From positions 203,033 to 267,032 of IMG/VR virus record IMGVR_UViG_3300037882_001770: DNA of 64,000 nucleotides, one strand, 5' to 3'. Under the pieces are notes generated by a model. It was not told where the DNA came from, did no database searches, and worked only from the letters and a program-made list of their open reading frames with translations. Positions within the stretch are counted from its first letter, which is position 1. Each line of letters starts with the position of its first letter. Positions 26,448-34,513 of the stretch are shown one piece after another. Position numbers and translations under genes: made by a program. This stretch comes from a virus.

Positions 26448-26472
26448 AAAGCCCGATAAAACGGGCTTTTTT
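26448..26472 (+). terminator. Intrinsic terminator
   Basis: AAAGCCCG-ataaaa-CGGGCTTT plus T run. Confidence 0.85.
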
Positions 26473-26489
26473 CTGGGTTTACCAAAAGG

Positions 26490-26518
26490 TTGACCAAAAA
26501 TACCAGATCGGCTATAAT
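26490..26518 (+). promoter_or_regulatory. sigma70-type early promoter (repeat unit 1 of 3)
   Basis: TTGACC-N17-TATAAT. Confidence 0.9.
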
Positions 26519-26548
26519 AGTTGTATAGTTAATAAAAAGGAGCCGAAG

Positions 26549-26821
26549 ATGAGCAAACTTACAGCATATACTTTAGAGATTTACAAAAAAGACCGCAGAA
26601 TCAAAGCAGGCCAACGCCTGGTTGAAAAGAAGGACTTCTGCCCAGTTACCCTGGATTACATTCAAACCGTGGTATCGGACAAGATTGCACAGGGATTTCT
26701 AGTGCAGGTTCACGAAACCTTTGTTACCAAGACTAACCTAATGGGTGGTAAGGAGTTTACCGAGCGTTATGATACTCCACATTTTTGCTCGCCTGCTAGC
26801 GAATCATATTGGAGCATGTAA
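26549..26821 (+). CDS. Hypothetical early protein
   Basis: NLMGGKEF.E.YDTPHFCSPASESYWSM C-terminus. Confidence 0.8.
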   Translation: MSKLTAYTLEIYKKDRRIKAGQRLVEKKDFCPVTLDYIQTVVSDKIAQGFLVQVHETFVTKTNLMGGKEFTERYDTPHFCSPASESYWSM

Positions 26822-26826
26822 AACGG

Positions 26827-26855
26827 TTGACCAAAATTTACCGATTTGCTATAAT
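26827..26855 (+). promoter_or_regulatory. sigma70-type early promoter (repeat unit 2)
   Basis: TTGACC-N17-TATAAT; leader identical to unit 1 from GCTATAAT through AAAAAGGAG. Confidence 0.9.
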
Positions 26856-26885
26856 AGTTGTATAGTTAATAAAAAGGAGTAGATA

Positions 26886-27083
26886 ATGACCACATTACAA
26901 GATAAATTAGGCCGTACCTTGACAGTAGGCGATCGTGTAGCATACGCTTCTTTTAAAAACCTGGGCATGACATTTGGTACAGTTACCAAACTGGGTCGTG
27001 TGCGAGCCACGATAACTCCAGAAGCCCCTGCATTTAACCCCGATTCAGAGTCGTTTCGAACTACTGAATTGGTAAAGATCTGA
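26886..27083 (+). CDS. Small SH3/KOW-like protein
   Basis: DKLGRTLTVGDRVAY...GTVTK. Confidence 0.75.
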   Translation: MTTLQDKLGRTLTVGDRVAYASFKNLGMTFGTVTKLGRVRATITPEAPAFNPDSESFRTTELVKI

Positions 27084-27088
27084 AACGG

Positions 27089-27117
27089 TTGACCAAAAAA
27101 GGCATTTAGGGTATAAT
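27089..27117 (+). promoter_or_regulatory. sigma70-type early promoter (repeat unit 3)
   Basis: TTGACC-N17-TATAAT. Confidence 0.9.
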
Positions 27118-27147
27118 AGTATATACAGTCAAAAAACGGAGCAGGAA

Positions 27148-27303
27148 ATGACAAAAAAACATTTTATCGCAATGGCAAAAGAAATCGCCCAAATGCCTAA
27201 CATGGCAGATCGTTTAAAGGTTGCAATCGCTTTCTGTAAGGTAGCGGCAACGACCAATCCAAGATTTGACCAAGCAAAATTTTTAGACGCATGTGGAGTT
27301 TAA
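27148..27303 (+). CDS. 51-aa phage protein, NPRFD..KF..AC motif (not in ORF track)
   Basis: MTKKHFIAMA...NPRFDQAKFLDACGV*; GGAG RBS. Confidence 0.75.
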   Translation: MTKKHFIAMAKEIAQMPNMADRLKVAIAFCKVAATTNPRFDQAKFLDACGV

Positions 27304-27304
27304 T

Positions 27305-27652
27305 ATGACTGACATCAACAATATCATTCAAGTTAATACAATCGTGAACGAGGCCAAACAAGCCGCACGTGAAGCCGCAGAAAAGTACTTCCAAGAAAAG
27401 CTGGGCGGTGTGGATCGATACTCGTGCGGATTTGCATGGGTTGACATCTACGGTATCAAGGGCAATACCCGATTGGGCAAGGCATTCAAGGCCGCGGGCG
27501 TTCGCAAGAGTTACACTGGATCGTATCAGATTTGGAATCCAGCTGAAATGGGTGTACAGAACATTGATACTCTCGAAGCAGGTGCAGAAGCGGCCGCAAA
27601 GGTCTTTGAGAAGTATGGTTTCCGGGCCTATGCAGGATCGAGGTTAGACTAA
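27305..27652 (+). CDS. Conserved phage hypothetical protein
   Basis: CGFAWV...EAGAEAAAKV...SRLD. Confidence 0.8.
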   Translation: MTDINNIIQVNTIVNEAKQAAREAAEKYFQEKLGGVDRYSCGFAWVDIYGIKGNTRLGKAFKAAGVRKSYTGSYQIWNPAEMGVQNIDTLEAGAEAAAKVFEKYGFRAYAGSRLD

Positions 27653-27816
27653 TGACCCTAGACCAAGCCCTGGAGGCAATTGAGAAGTACAGTATTAACC
27701 AAGGGGTAGACAGTCTTACAGCCATTGAACAGATGGTTCGATGCGTAAAAACTCTAACTCCAGAACAGTTGGAGGCATTGGATGTATTCATGGCCGAAGT
27801 AAAGGAACCAGTGTGA
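27652..27816 (+). CDS. Small hypothetical protein, 54 aa (not in ORF track)
   Basis: TAATG and GTGA couplings. Confidence 0.6.
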   Translation: MTLDQALEAIEKYSINQGVDSLTAIEQMVRCVKTLTPEQLEALDVFMAEVKEPV

Positions 27817-28481
27817 GAGTAACCAAGCAGAAACATGATGCCATTGACCTAATACCAGCTGACCTAGCTTGGTCTGCGGCTCAAGCGGCCTATCGTATCA
27901 ATGGTGGTTATCTTAAACAACCGCTGGTCAAAGGCGATAAAATTGTCAAGCCTACCAACCGTGAGATTGTCAAGATTGCTCTGCACGATTTGTCATTAAT
28001 CACTGATGCAGACCGTGAACTGGCTCAACAGATGCGTAAATTTATGGCCTCGACTGTGACCATGCAGGCACTCAAAACCGAACTCGGTGAGTGGGAACGG
28101 ATTACTGCTCAGATATGTGGCCTAGATGTGGTTGATAGTTTATACGCTTTATCAGTGATCACAGCCATGCCGCACAGTTATGCCAAGACCTTAAAGAAAG
28201 AATCTGTGGATGCCAGACTGGCTCGCACTCAAGAAGGCGGACTTCAAGCCAAAGTAGGCGACAAGGTTGATTTGACTGTGGAAATTGTTCGCAACAACTA
28301 CAGTGCCAAGTTCAACACCTGGTTCATATCTGCCATTACCAATGACAACTATGCGGTGTTCTTTGCATACCGCGAAGCCATGCAACCAGACACTTGTATA
28401 AAAATCCGTGGCACGGTCAAACGACACACTGACCGTAGCACTCAACTCAATCGTGTCAAACTTGTAGGAGATAAAGAATGA
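27813..28481 (+). CDS. Hypothetical protein with C-terminal OB-fold-like domain
   Basis: VGDKVDLTVEI...IRGTVKRH...TQLNRVK; GTG start after AAGGA. Confidence 0.7.
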   Translation: MRVTKQKHDAIDLIPADLAWSAAQAAYRINGGYLKQPLVKGDKIVKPTNREIVKIALHDLSLITDADRELAQQMRKFMASTVTMQALKTELGEWERITAQICGLDVVDSLYALSVITAMPHSYAKTLKKESVDARLARTQEGGLQAKVGDKVDLTVEIVRNNYSAKFNTWFISAITNDNYAVFFAYREAMQPDTCIKIRGTVKRHTDRSTQLNRVKLVGDKE

Positions 28482-28606
28482 AAGCATTCGTGCTAGGAAC
28501 CGTTTTTGGTATTTTGATCTGCACCGTTGGTTTATCTGGAATCGCTAAGATTTTGGACAACGGTGTAGCCAAAGTGCAAGAAGTATCCAAAGAAGCGGCC
28601 AAATAA
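28478..28606 (+). CDS. 42-aa membrane peptide (not in ORF track)
   Basis: AGGAG RBS; MKAFVLGTVFGILICTVGLSGIAK... Confidence 0.65.
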   Translation: MKAFVLGTVFGILICTVGLSGIAKILDNGVAKVQEVSKEAAK

Positions 28607-28639
28607 GGCATTTTGGATAACCAAAGATACACATTATGG

Positions 28640-28668
28640 TTGACAACAAATACTCAATCAGCTATAAT
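28640..28668 (+). promoter_or_regulatory. Perfect-consensus sigma70 promoter
   Basis: TTGACA-N17-TATAAT. Confidence 0.9.
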
Positions 28669-28743
28669 ATGTATATGCTAAGAAATTGGCATAGTAGTTC
28701 AGTAGTTTAAATCAACTTAATAGGCAACTTAGAAAGGCAACAC

Positions 28744-29073
28744 ATGTCACAAGAAAAATTATTTACAGTAGCAGGTACAGCAACTAATCCTAACGGCACA
28801 GTGAAAGCTCGTTTCGCTAACGATTTGGTAGCTCGTATCAAGATTTTAAACAAAGCAGGTTGCACTGCAATCAATTTAATTGAGCTCCCAAGCCCAATGA
28901 CCAAATTGCAAGCTCTCCAGCATTTGCAGAGCGTTGGTATCACTGAAGGTGATGCTGGTTACGCAGTAGCAAACAAGTTGGCAGAAAAGACCAAGCTCGC
29001 CAAGAAAGGCGAAGTAAAGGTCAAGGCAACCGCAGTTAAGGCACCTGCTAAGGCAGAGAAAGTAACAGCCTAA
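28744..29073 (+). CDS. Hypothetical protein with Lys/Ala-rich tail
   Basis: FTVAGT...KARFAND...ELPSPMTK. Confidence 0.8.
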   Translation: MSQEKLFTVAGTATNPNGTVKARFANDLVARIKILNKAGCTAINLIELPSPMTKLQALQHLQSVGITEGDAGYAVANKLAEKTKLAKKGEVKVKATAVKAPAKAEKVTA

Positions 29074-29076
29074 TCT

Positions 29077-29228
29077 TCAGGGGCCAGGCAACTGTAAGTC
29101 CCCTGATATTAGTTTTGTTGTTTGTAAGCTCAGAAGCACGATCAAGCCTTATGTAACCAAAACAATAAACAGTAAACTCGAGTAAAGCTGTTGAGTTAGG
29201 CATATAGTGCAAACAACAAAACTAATAT
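29077..29228 (+). ncRNA. Candidate structured RNA closed by perfect 19-bp inverted repeat
   Basis: TCAGGGG/CCCCTGA hairpin, then ATATTAGTTTTGTTGTTTG (29106-24) with CAAACAACAAAACTAATAT (29210-28). Confidence 0.55.
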
Positions 29229-29232
29229 TACG

Positions 29233-29255
29233 AGCTCACTTCGGTGAGCTTTTTT
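29233..29255 (+). terminator. Intrinsic terminator with cUUCGg loop
   Basis: AGCTCAC-TTCG-GTGAGCT-TTTTT. Confidence 0.9.
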
Positions 29256-29285
29256 ACGGCCAACATTTCTATGCTAAGTATCTTT

Positions 29286-29522
29286 ATGCTGGACGATATC
29301 AAACTCGAAGAAAGTATTCGCTTAACTATCCTTAATCTTATGGTGGTGTTGCATGATTGCGGAATTAAAGAAATACACCTAGGCGGGCTCATGCGAATAC
29401 TTGGAATTGCCAATGACAAAGCAAGTATGCATGACAATGAGCTGGTTCAAATAGATGATAATTTTGTTAAATATGTAGAGGAAATAAATGCTCCAAGACC
29501 CGCAAATCAATCTTTACATTAA
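29286..29522 (+). CDS. Hypothetical protein
   Basis: ATG 5 nt after TAAGTA late-type motif. Confidence 0.7.
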   Translation: MLDDIKLEESIRLTILNLMVVLHDCGIKEIHLGGLMRILGIANDKASMHDNELVQIDDNFVKYVEEINAPRPANQSLH

Positions 29523-29764
29523 TGACTTTACCTACGTTTAAAAATGGGGATGCCCTTTATACAGTAATCATACGAGACCCAGACGCCAAAAATCATTTAA
29601 CCAAATGGTCCACATCGAGTCGTAGCATTCAGGCCCGGGTTGAGGACAATCGTATGCATATCTATGACCATAATACTCTAAGTCTTTTTATAGTAACTTG
29701 GACACACAGTTGGGACAACATGGTCATTTGGGATCCTTGGACCAAACGGCATATTACTTTTTAA
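29522..29764 (+). CDS. Hypothetical protein
   Basis: TAATG-coupled ORF. Confidence 0.7.
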   Translation: MTLPTFKNGDALYTVIIRDPDAKNHLTKWSTSSRSIQARVEDNRMHIYDHNTLSLFIVTWTHSWDNMVIWDPWTKRHITF

Positions 29765-29836
29765 AATACTTGACATACCGCCTTTATAGTGTATAATTAA
29801 CTAGTGCATCAAGCACTTTATATAAAGGAAATAACA

Positions 29837-30022
29837 ATGTCACAACATGACGCAATCGTAACAGCATTTAACAACTATATCTCTGAAAACGAGAAATTTA
29901 CAACCAAAGGTGTAAAAGCATCAGCTGCTCGTGCTCGCAAAGCTCTCCAAGAAATGAGTAAAGGCATCAAAGAGCGTCGCAAAGAAATTACTGCTGAAAA
30001 AGAAGCCTTGGCCGCCAAGTAA
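29837..30022 (+). CDS. Histone H1-like Hc1-family small basic protein
   Basis: KF..KGVKASAARARKALQEMSK..KE.RK; own TTGACA-N16-TATAAT promoter (29770-97). Confidence 0.7.
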   Translation: MSQHDAIVTAFNNYISENEKFTTKGVKASAARARKALQEMSKGIKERRKEITAEKEALAAK

Positions 30023-30023
30023 C

Positions 30024-30473
30024 ATGTCAAGTCCGCTTTGGAAATCTGGACAAACACTAACTGATACATTAACAGCATCAGTTAGTGCAACTACAGCCAG
30101 TCAAAATTATACCATTGGAAATCTTGGAAGTGGGTTGACTTATTCCAACACAGCTATTACCGGTCTGGCATATCCTAATGTGACTATCAGTGCCGGGACC
30201 AATGCTCAACCGTGGTTTAATACTAATGCAAGCCCTAAGATCAAACTGGACGGTGAAGGTGCTGACATAGTGGTCAATGGACACAGTCTAGTTGATGCTA
30301 TCAATGACATCCGAGATCGTCTCAATTGCCTGCAGATCAATCCGGCGTTGGAAAAGGAATGGGACGAACTTAGAGCGTTAGGCGATCAGTACCGCGAACT
30401 GGAAAAACAGATCCTAGCCAAACAGGCCACGTGGGATCGGTTAAAGGCCATGCTGCCGCCTGAGATTGACTAA
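30024..30473 (+). CDS. Hypothetical protein
   Basis: S/T-rich N-terminus, C-terminal coiled coil. Confidence 0.7.
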   Translation: MSSPLWKSGQTLTDTLTASVSATTASQNYTIGNLGSGLTYSNTAITGLAYPNVTISAGTNAQPWFNTNASPKIKLDGEGADIVVNGHSLVDAINDIRDRLNCLQINPALEKEWDELRALGDQYRELEKQILAKQATWDRLKAMLPPEID

Positions 30474-30566
30474 ATTAGTAAACTTTGCTATAATGTATGT
30501 ATATTATGGTAAAAACGCATCAAAATTTGCAGTTATTGGCCCGTGTTGTTGTGCATGAGCTAAGTA

Positions 30567-30854
30567 TTCTAGAGAGTAGAAAACACAACCAGGCTGTCGT
30601 TTGTTCGATCAGCGGAGGATTACAGTCTAAATCTACTCCACAACGGATCGACCAGTGCCGCAAAGCTGGTCTTTTTACAAGAGGACTTCGGAAATCCTCT
30701 TCATTGACAAATGGTATAGGCCCGGGGAGAAACAAAACCGCGCTTAAAGAGTATGGCACTGAGGCCCGAGGTCTTTATCTGTCCTGCGACTTTGTCTATG
30801 CGTCCATCCTGGGCACTCCGGTGAACGGTTCACTATAACCGAAAGGAGAAGACA
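30567..30854 (+). promoter_or_regulatory. Long structured 5' leader / candidate cis-regulatory RNA
   Basis: Starts after TAAGTA (30561-66); several helices; CGGTT/AACCG hairpin abuts the RBS. Confidence 0.45.
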
Positions 30855-31415
30855 TTGAAACTTATCTCAATATCGAACTTAGGTAGTTTTGCATTCAAGT
30901 TGGTGGGCTTTACCGCAGTGATGTTTGCTGTGGTCTCAGCGGTCAATTATAAATTGGATGCGTTGGCAGCAGAAAATCAAGTGGCACGTCAGGGATTTAT
31001 CAGCGTGGCAGAACGTAGTAAGCAGTTGGATTGCCTGACCCGCAACATCTACTGGGAAGCCGGATCTGAGCCGTTTGAAGGCAAGGTGGCTGTGGCCCAG
31101 GTCACTTTAAACCGCGTGGAGTCGGGACGATTTGCTCGAGACATTTGCGGTGTAGTTTATCAAAAAAATGTAGTGTACGATCGAGTAATCTGCCAGTTCA
31201 GCTGGTACTGTGACGGATCCAGTGTACGCAAGACCATTTACCCAGCACACTGGAAAGAGTCGGAAGAAGTGGCCAAAAAGGTCTTACTGGAAGGCTTTAG
31301 GCTGCCCAGCGTAAAAAACGCCATGTATTTTCATGCGGACTATGTAAATCCGCGGTGGGGTAAACCACAAGTAGCAAAATTTGGAAGGCACATCTTTTAT
31401 GCGGAAAAAATATGA
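30855..31415 (+). CDS. SleB-like cell wall hydrolase (Hydrolase_2) with N-terminal TM anchor
   Basis: CLTRNIYWEAGSEP, VAQVTLNRV, ICGVVYQ, CQFSW, GRHIFY. Confidence 0.9.
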   Translation: MKLISISNLGSFAFKLVGFTAVMFAVVSAVNYKLDALAAENQVARQGFISVAERSKQLDCLTRNIYWEAGSEPFEGKVAVAQVTLNRVESGRFARDICGVVYQKNVVYDRVICQFSWYCDGSSVRKTIYPAHWKESEEVAKKVLLEGFRLPSVKNAMYFHADYVNPRWGKPQVAKFGRHIFYAEKI

Positions 31416-31726
31416 TCAAAAACTTAGACACTTTTGTAACGTCATCAAGAACCTGGTTAGAACAACACTTGCCCAAAGTAAGTGCTGACACGCTGGGTTG
31501 GTTGGCCATAATATTAATTCATTGTGCAACCATTCCTACCCTGTTGGCCTTGCTGACCGGACTCAGCGACAATGTGCCCAACCTGGATATTGTGTTGTTC
31601 ATGTGGTCCGGCCTGGCACTCTTGTTCTTTAGGGCAGTGGTCATGCGTGATCTACTGAACATTATCACAATTGGCCTGGGTTTTATTACCCAAGCTGTGA
31701 TTATGGCCATGATCCTATTCAAATAG
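31412..31726 (+). CDS. Small 3-TM membrane protein (SemiSWEET/PQ-loop-like size)
   Basis: Three hydrophobic helices; ATGA coupling. Confidence 0.65.
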   Translation: MIKNLDTFVTSSRTWLEQHLPKVSADTLGWLAIILIHCATIPTLLALLTGLSDNVPNLDIVLFMWSGLALLFFRAVVMRDLLNIITIGLGFITQAVIMAMILFK

Positions 31727-31727
31727 G

Positions 31728-31756
31728 TTGACCAAAAACTCGTAATTTGTTACAAT
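31728..31756 (+). promoter_or_regulatory. sigma70-type promoter
   Basis: TTGACC-N17-TACAAT. Confidence 0.8.
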
Positions 31757-31788
31757 AGTAGTATGAATAACAAATGCGAGTTTCTCCT

Positions 31789-32184
31789 ATGACAATGCAT
31801 CTTGAAGGCCCGTGGCTTAGTACCACAGGCAAGAAACGTGGTCCACGTAAATGGGCAAGTTCGGAACAAAAACGCCAATCCGAAAAGCGCCAGGCTGAAT
31901 GGGATCGCAAGTTGGTAGAATTTGAACGAATGGCTCCCAAGTTCAGTACAGGTCCTTACAATGCACCCAAGAAGACTCTGTCAGACTACATGCCCAAGAC
32001 TCCTCCTGGACGTGAAACGGCTCGTATTGAATCTCGTGACACCGGCTGGGTGCCGTGTGTCAAGGTGCATGATCAACAGTACACAGGCACCAAAATTAAA
32101 GGTATTGGCACCATGCACAAGAGCAATGCAGTTCCGGTATTTTCCGATGAAGAGGCCAAAGATATTAGTAAAATGCGCCGTTAA
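31789..32184 (+). CDS. Conserved T4-like hypothetical protein
   Basis: YTGTKIKGIGTMHKSNAVPVFSDEEAKDISKMRR C-terminus. Confidence 0.8.
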   Translation: MTMHLEGPWLSTTGKKRGPRKWASSEQKRQSEKRQAEWDRKLVEFERMAPKFSTGPYNAPKKTLSDYMPKTPPGRETARIESRDTGWVPCVKVHDQQYTGTKIKGIGTMHKSNAVPVFSDEEAKDISKMRR

Positions 32185-32219
32185 TGCATAAGTACTTGTC
32201 AAGGAGATAATAAACACAA

Positions 32220-32438
32220 TTGAGTAAAGAAGACGTCATTAAGATGGAAGGTATTATATCAGAAGTTCTGCGCAATACCACATACCGAGTTCAAATCGAA
32301 AACTTTGAAAAAACTGTACTTGCTACGTTAAATGGCCGTATGCGACAGAACAATATCAAAGTACTAGCCGGAGACGTAGTCGAGCTAGAATTTAGCCCGT
32401 ACGATTTAACTCGCGGCAGAATTACAAGAAGGCGCTAA
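32220..32438 (+). CDS. infA: Translation initiation factor IF-1
   Basis: SKEDVIKMEGII.EVL.N..YRV...GRMRQNNIKVLAGDVV..EFSPYDLTRGRITRR. Confidence 0.95.
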   Translation: MSKEDVIKMEGIISEVLRNTTYRVQIENFEKTVLATLNGRMRQNNIKVLAGDVVELEFSPYDLTRGRITRRR

Positions 32439-33572
32439 ATGAGTTCTTGGTATTGTGCTTTACCTTTTAAACATGTGTTTGTGGACAGTACAGGACTTAG
32501 TCCTTGTTGCAATACCGTCGGACAATTTGGGCTTGACGTCAGTATAGACGAATACAAATCACATCCTAAGTTACTAGAATTACAAAAACAATTTCTTGAT
32601 GGGCGCACTCCTGCTGCATGCTCTGTTTGCTTGCACCAAGAAAAAATTCAAAACAAAAGTATGAGAATAGACAGTAATATTGACTACAATCATCGGGTGT
32701 TTGATTCTACCGAGTTTGATTTTATACACCTTAGTCAAAGTAACTTGTGTAATTTCAAATGCCGCAGTTGTAGTCCAAGATACAGCCACGGAATAGTTCA
32801 AGAACACAAAAAATATCCCGAATTGTTTGCGGACGCACCTCAACAAAAATTCGTCGAAGTCAATCCTGACAATTATAAATGGATTATTAAAAATTTATCA
32901 AGTATTAAAAGACTTTTAATAACCGGCGGAGAGCCCACAGTAATGCCAGAAATAAGACATTTGTTTGAATTTTTGTTGCAAACACCGCGGCCGCAACCAC
33001 AACCGTATATTATGATGACAACCAATTGTAGCTGGACTGATAATTTTTGGTATCAAGCAATTGACGGTATGTCTAATTTGCATATCACAGCTAGTGTAGA
33101 TGCAGTAGGAGATGCTGCGCAACTAATAAGACACGGTACTGTTTGGAATCAGGTAGAGCGCAACGTGAAGTGGTTAGCCCAGCATGCCTCGAGTTTTGAT
33201 ATCAATACGGTAATTAGCAATTTAAATATAAACCATCTTTATGATTTACTTCAATTCTGCAGACAAGAACAAATAGCCTCCAAAGTAGAAAATGGAGGGA
33301 AACAGGGAGATTTGGGACTACGGCATCAATTTACTATAGCTAACGGTGTCAATGAGATTACCTGTTTTCCGGATGATCTAAAAACAAAAACACTAAAACA
33401 TTTGGATCAGTGCCTTGCATTGGATCTAGATCCAGACCAACTGAAATTGATCAAGGGGTTAATTGTAACTGTTCAAAATAGTACATACAATCATCAAAAA
33501 TGGCAAAGTATTGTAGAATATCAAACCAAACTTGATCAAATTCGTGGTGAAAACCATTTGAAACTACTCTAA
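32439..33572 (+). CDS. Radical SAM protein with N-terminal Cys-rich (twitch-like) domain
   Basis: CALPF...PCC...CSVC; CNFKCRSC; ITGGEP. Confidence 0.9.
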   Translation: MSSWYCALPFKHVFVDSTGLSPCCNTVGQFGLDVSIDEYKSHPKLLELQKQFLDGRTPAACSVCLHQEKIQNKSMRIDSNIDYNHRVFDSTEFDFIHLSQSNLCNFKCRSCSPRYSHGIVQEHKKYPELFADAPQQKFVEVNPDNYKWIIKNLSSIKRLLITGGEPTVMPEIRHLFEFLLQTPRPQPQPYIMMTTNCSWTDNFWYQAIDGMSNLHITASVDAVGDAAQLIRHGTVWNQVERNVKWLAQHASSFDINTVISNLNINHLYDLLQFCRQEQIASKVENGGKQGDLGLRHQFTIANGVNEITCFPDDLKTKTLKHLDQCLALDLDPDQLKLIKGLIVTVQNSTYNHQKWQSIVEYQTKLDQIRGENHLKLL

Positions 33573-33583
33573 TAAATATTATC

Positions 33584-34126
33584 ATGCGCAAACATATCGA
33601 TCTTGTAGAAGCAACTACCCGCCCGGCTAAGTTGGAAACTACTCCGTTGCCGTATGGTGAACAGGACCTAGAACCAGTGATGAGCCAAGCAACCATTGGC
33701 TATCACTACGAGCACCTGGCTAAGGGCTATGCCAAACGCTACAATGCCGGTGAAGGCAATGCTGATTTTAACCGTGCTGGATCATTTTTACATAATAAAT
33801 TTTTTCCGCAACTAAAAGAACCCAAAGGTGCAAACCGCCCAAAAGGTGCTGTATTAGAACTTATAGAAACAAACTTCAAAACGTACGAAGACTTTAAAGC
33901 AGAATTTAAAAAGGTGGCCATGTCTGTGCAAGGGTCCGGATGGGTATATCTCTCTACATCGGGCACTATCAAAACCATCCCAAATCATCAGGTTAGAACG
34001 GATATCTGTGTTCTTGTTGACTGGTGGGAACACGCTTGGGCACTAGATTATCAATGGGACAAAGAGAAATATCTAGATAATATTTGGAAAATAATCAACT
34101 GGGACGTGTGTAACGAAAGAATATGA
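33584..34126 (+). CDS. sod: Fe/Mn superoxide dismutase
   Basis: [52 protein letters not shown] 5 nt before ATG. Confidence 0.9.
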   Translation: MRKHIDLVEATTRPAKLETTPLPYGEQDLEPVMSQATIGYHYEHLAKGYAKRYNAGEGNADFNRAGSFLHNKFFPQLKEPKGANRPKGAVLELIETNFKTYEDFKAEFKKVAMSVQGSGWVYLSTSGTIKTIPNHQVRTDICVLVDWWEHAWALDYQWDKEKYLDNIWKIINWDVCNERI

Positions 34127-34449
34127 TAACTATAAGCGAAACTGCAATAGCAAAACTGCAAGATATTTTAATCGAGGAAAACAATCCCGATCTTAAATTA
34201 CGTGTATTTGTTCAAGGTGGTGGCTGTAGCGGAATGAGCTATGGTTTTACCCTGGACGAAGTTCAAAATGAAGACGATTGGGATCTGGAAATTTCCGGTG
34301 TAAAAGTCCTAGTAGATTCAATGAGTGGTGGCTATTTACAGGGTGCCGAAGTGGATTACAAAGAGGACAATTACGGCAGTAGCTTTACCATCAAAAATCC
34401 AAACGCACAAACAACCTGCGGTTGCGGCAGCAGTTTTAGTCCCACCTAG
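34123..34449 (+). CDS. erpA: A-type Fe-S cluster carrier ErpA/IscA
   Basis: [26 protein letters not shown]. Confidence 0.9.
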   Translation: MITISETAIAKLQDILIEENNPDLKLRVFVQGGGCSGMSYGFTLDEVQNEDDWDLEISGVKVLVDSMSGGYLQGAEVDYKEDNYGSSFTIKNPNAQTTCGCGSSFSPT

Positions 34450-34513
34450 CAGTAAATCTCTCAAATTGCCAAGCTAAAGAAATCTGGTAAATACTACCAG
34501 AGGACTTAAATCT

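Noticed and set aside
29106..29228. Retron msr-msd interpretation of the 19-bp inverted repeat
   Set aside because: No reverse transcriptase in the window; kept only as an unassigned structured RNA.
30640..30700. GCCGCAAAGC resembles the core of a c-di-GMP-I riboswitch
   Set aside because: The upstream GxAAAC-stem-GAAA tetraloop and the downstream receptor helix are absent.
30497..30838. 113-aa ORF upstream of the cell wall hydrolase
   Set aside because: No RBS, no recognisable motif, and it coincides with a hairpin-rich leader; not listed as a CDS, though not excluded.
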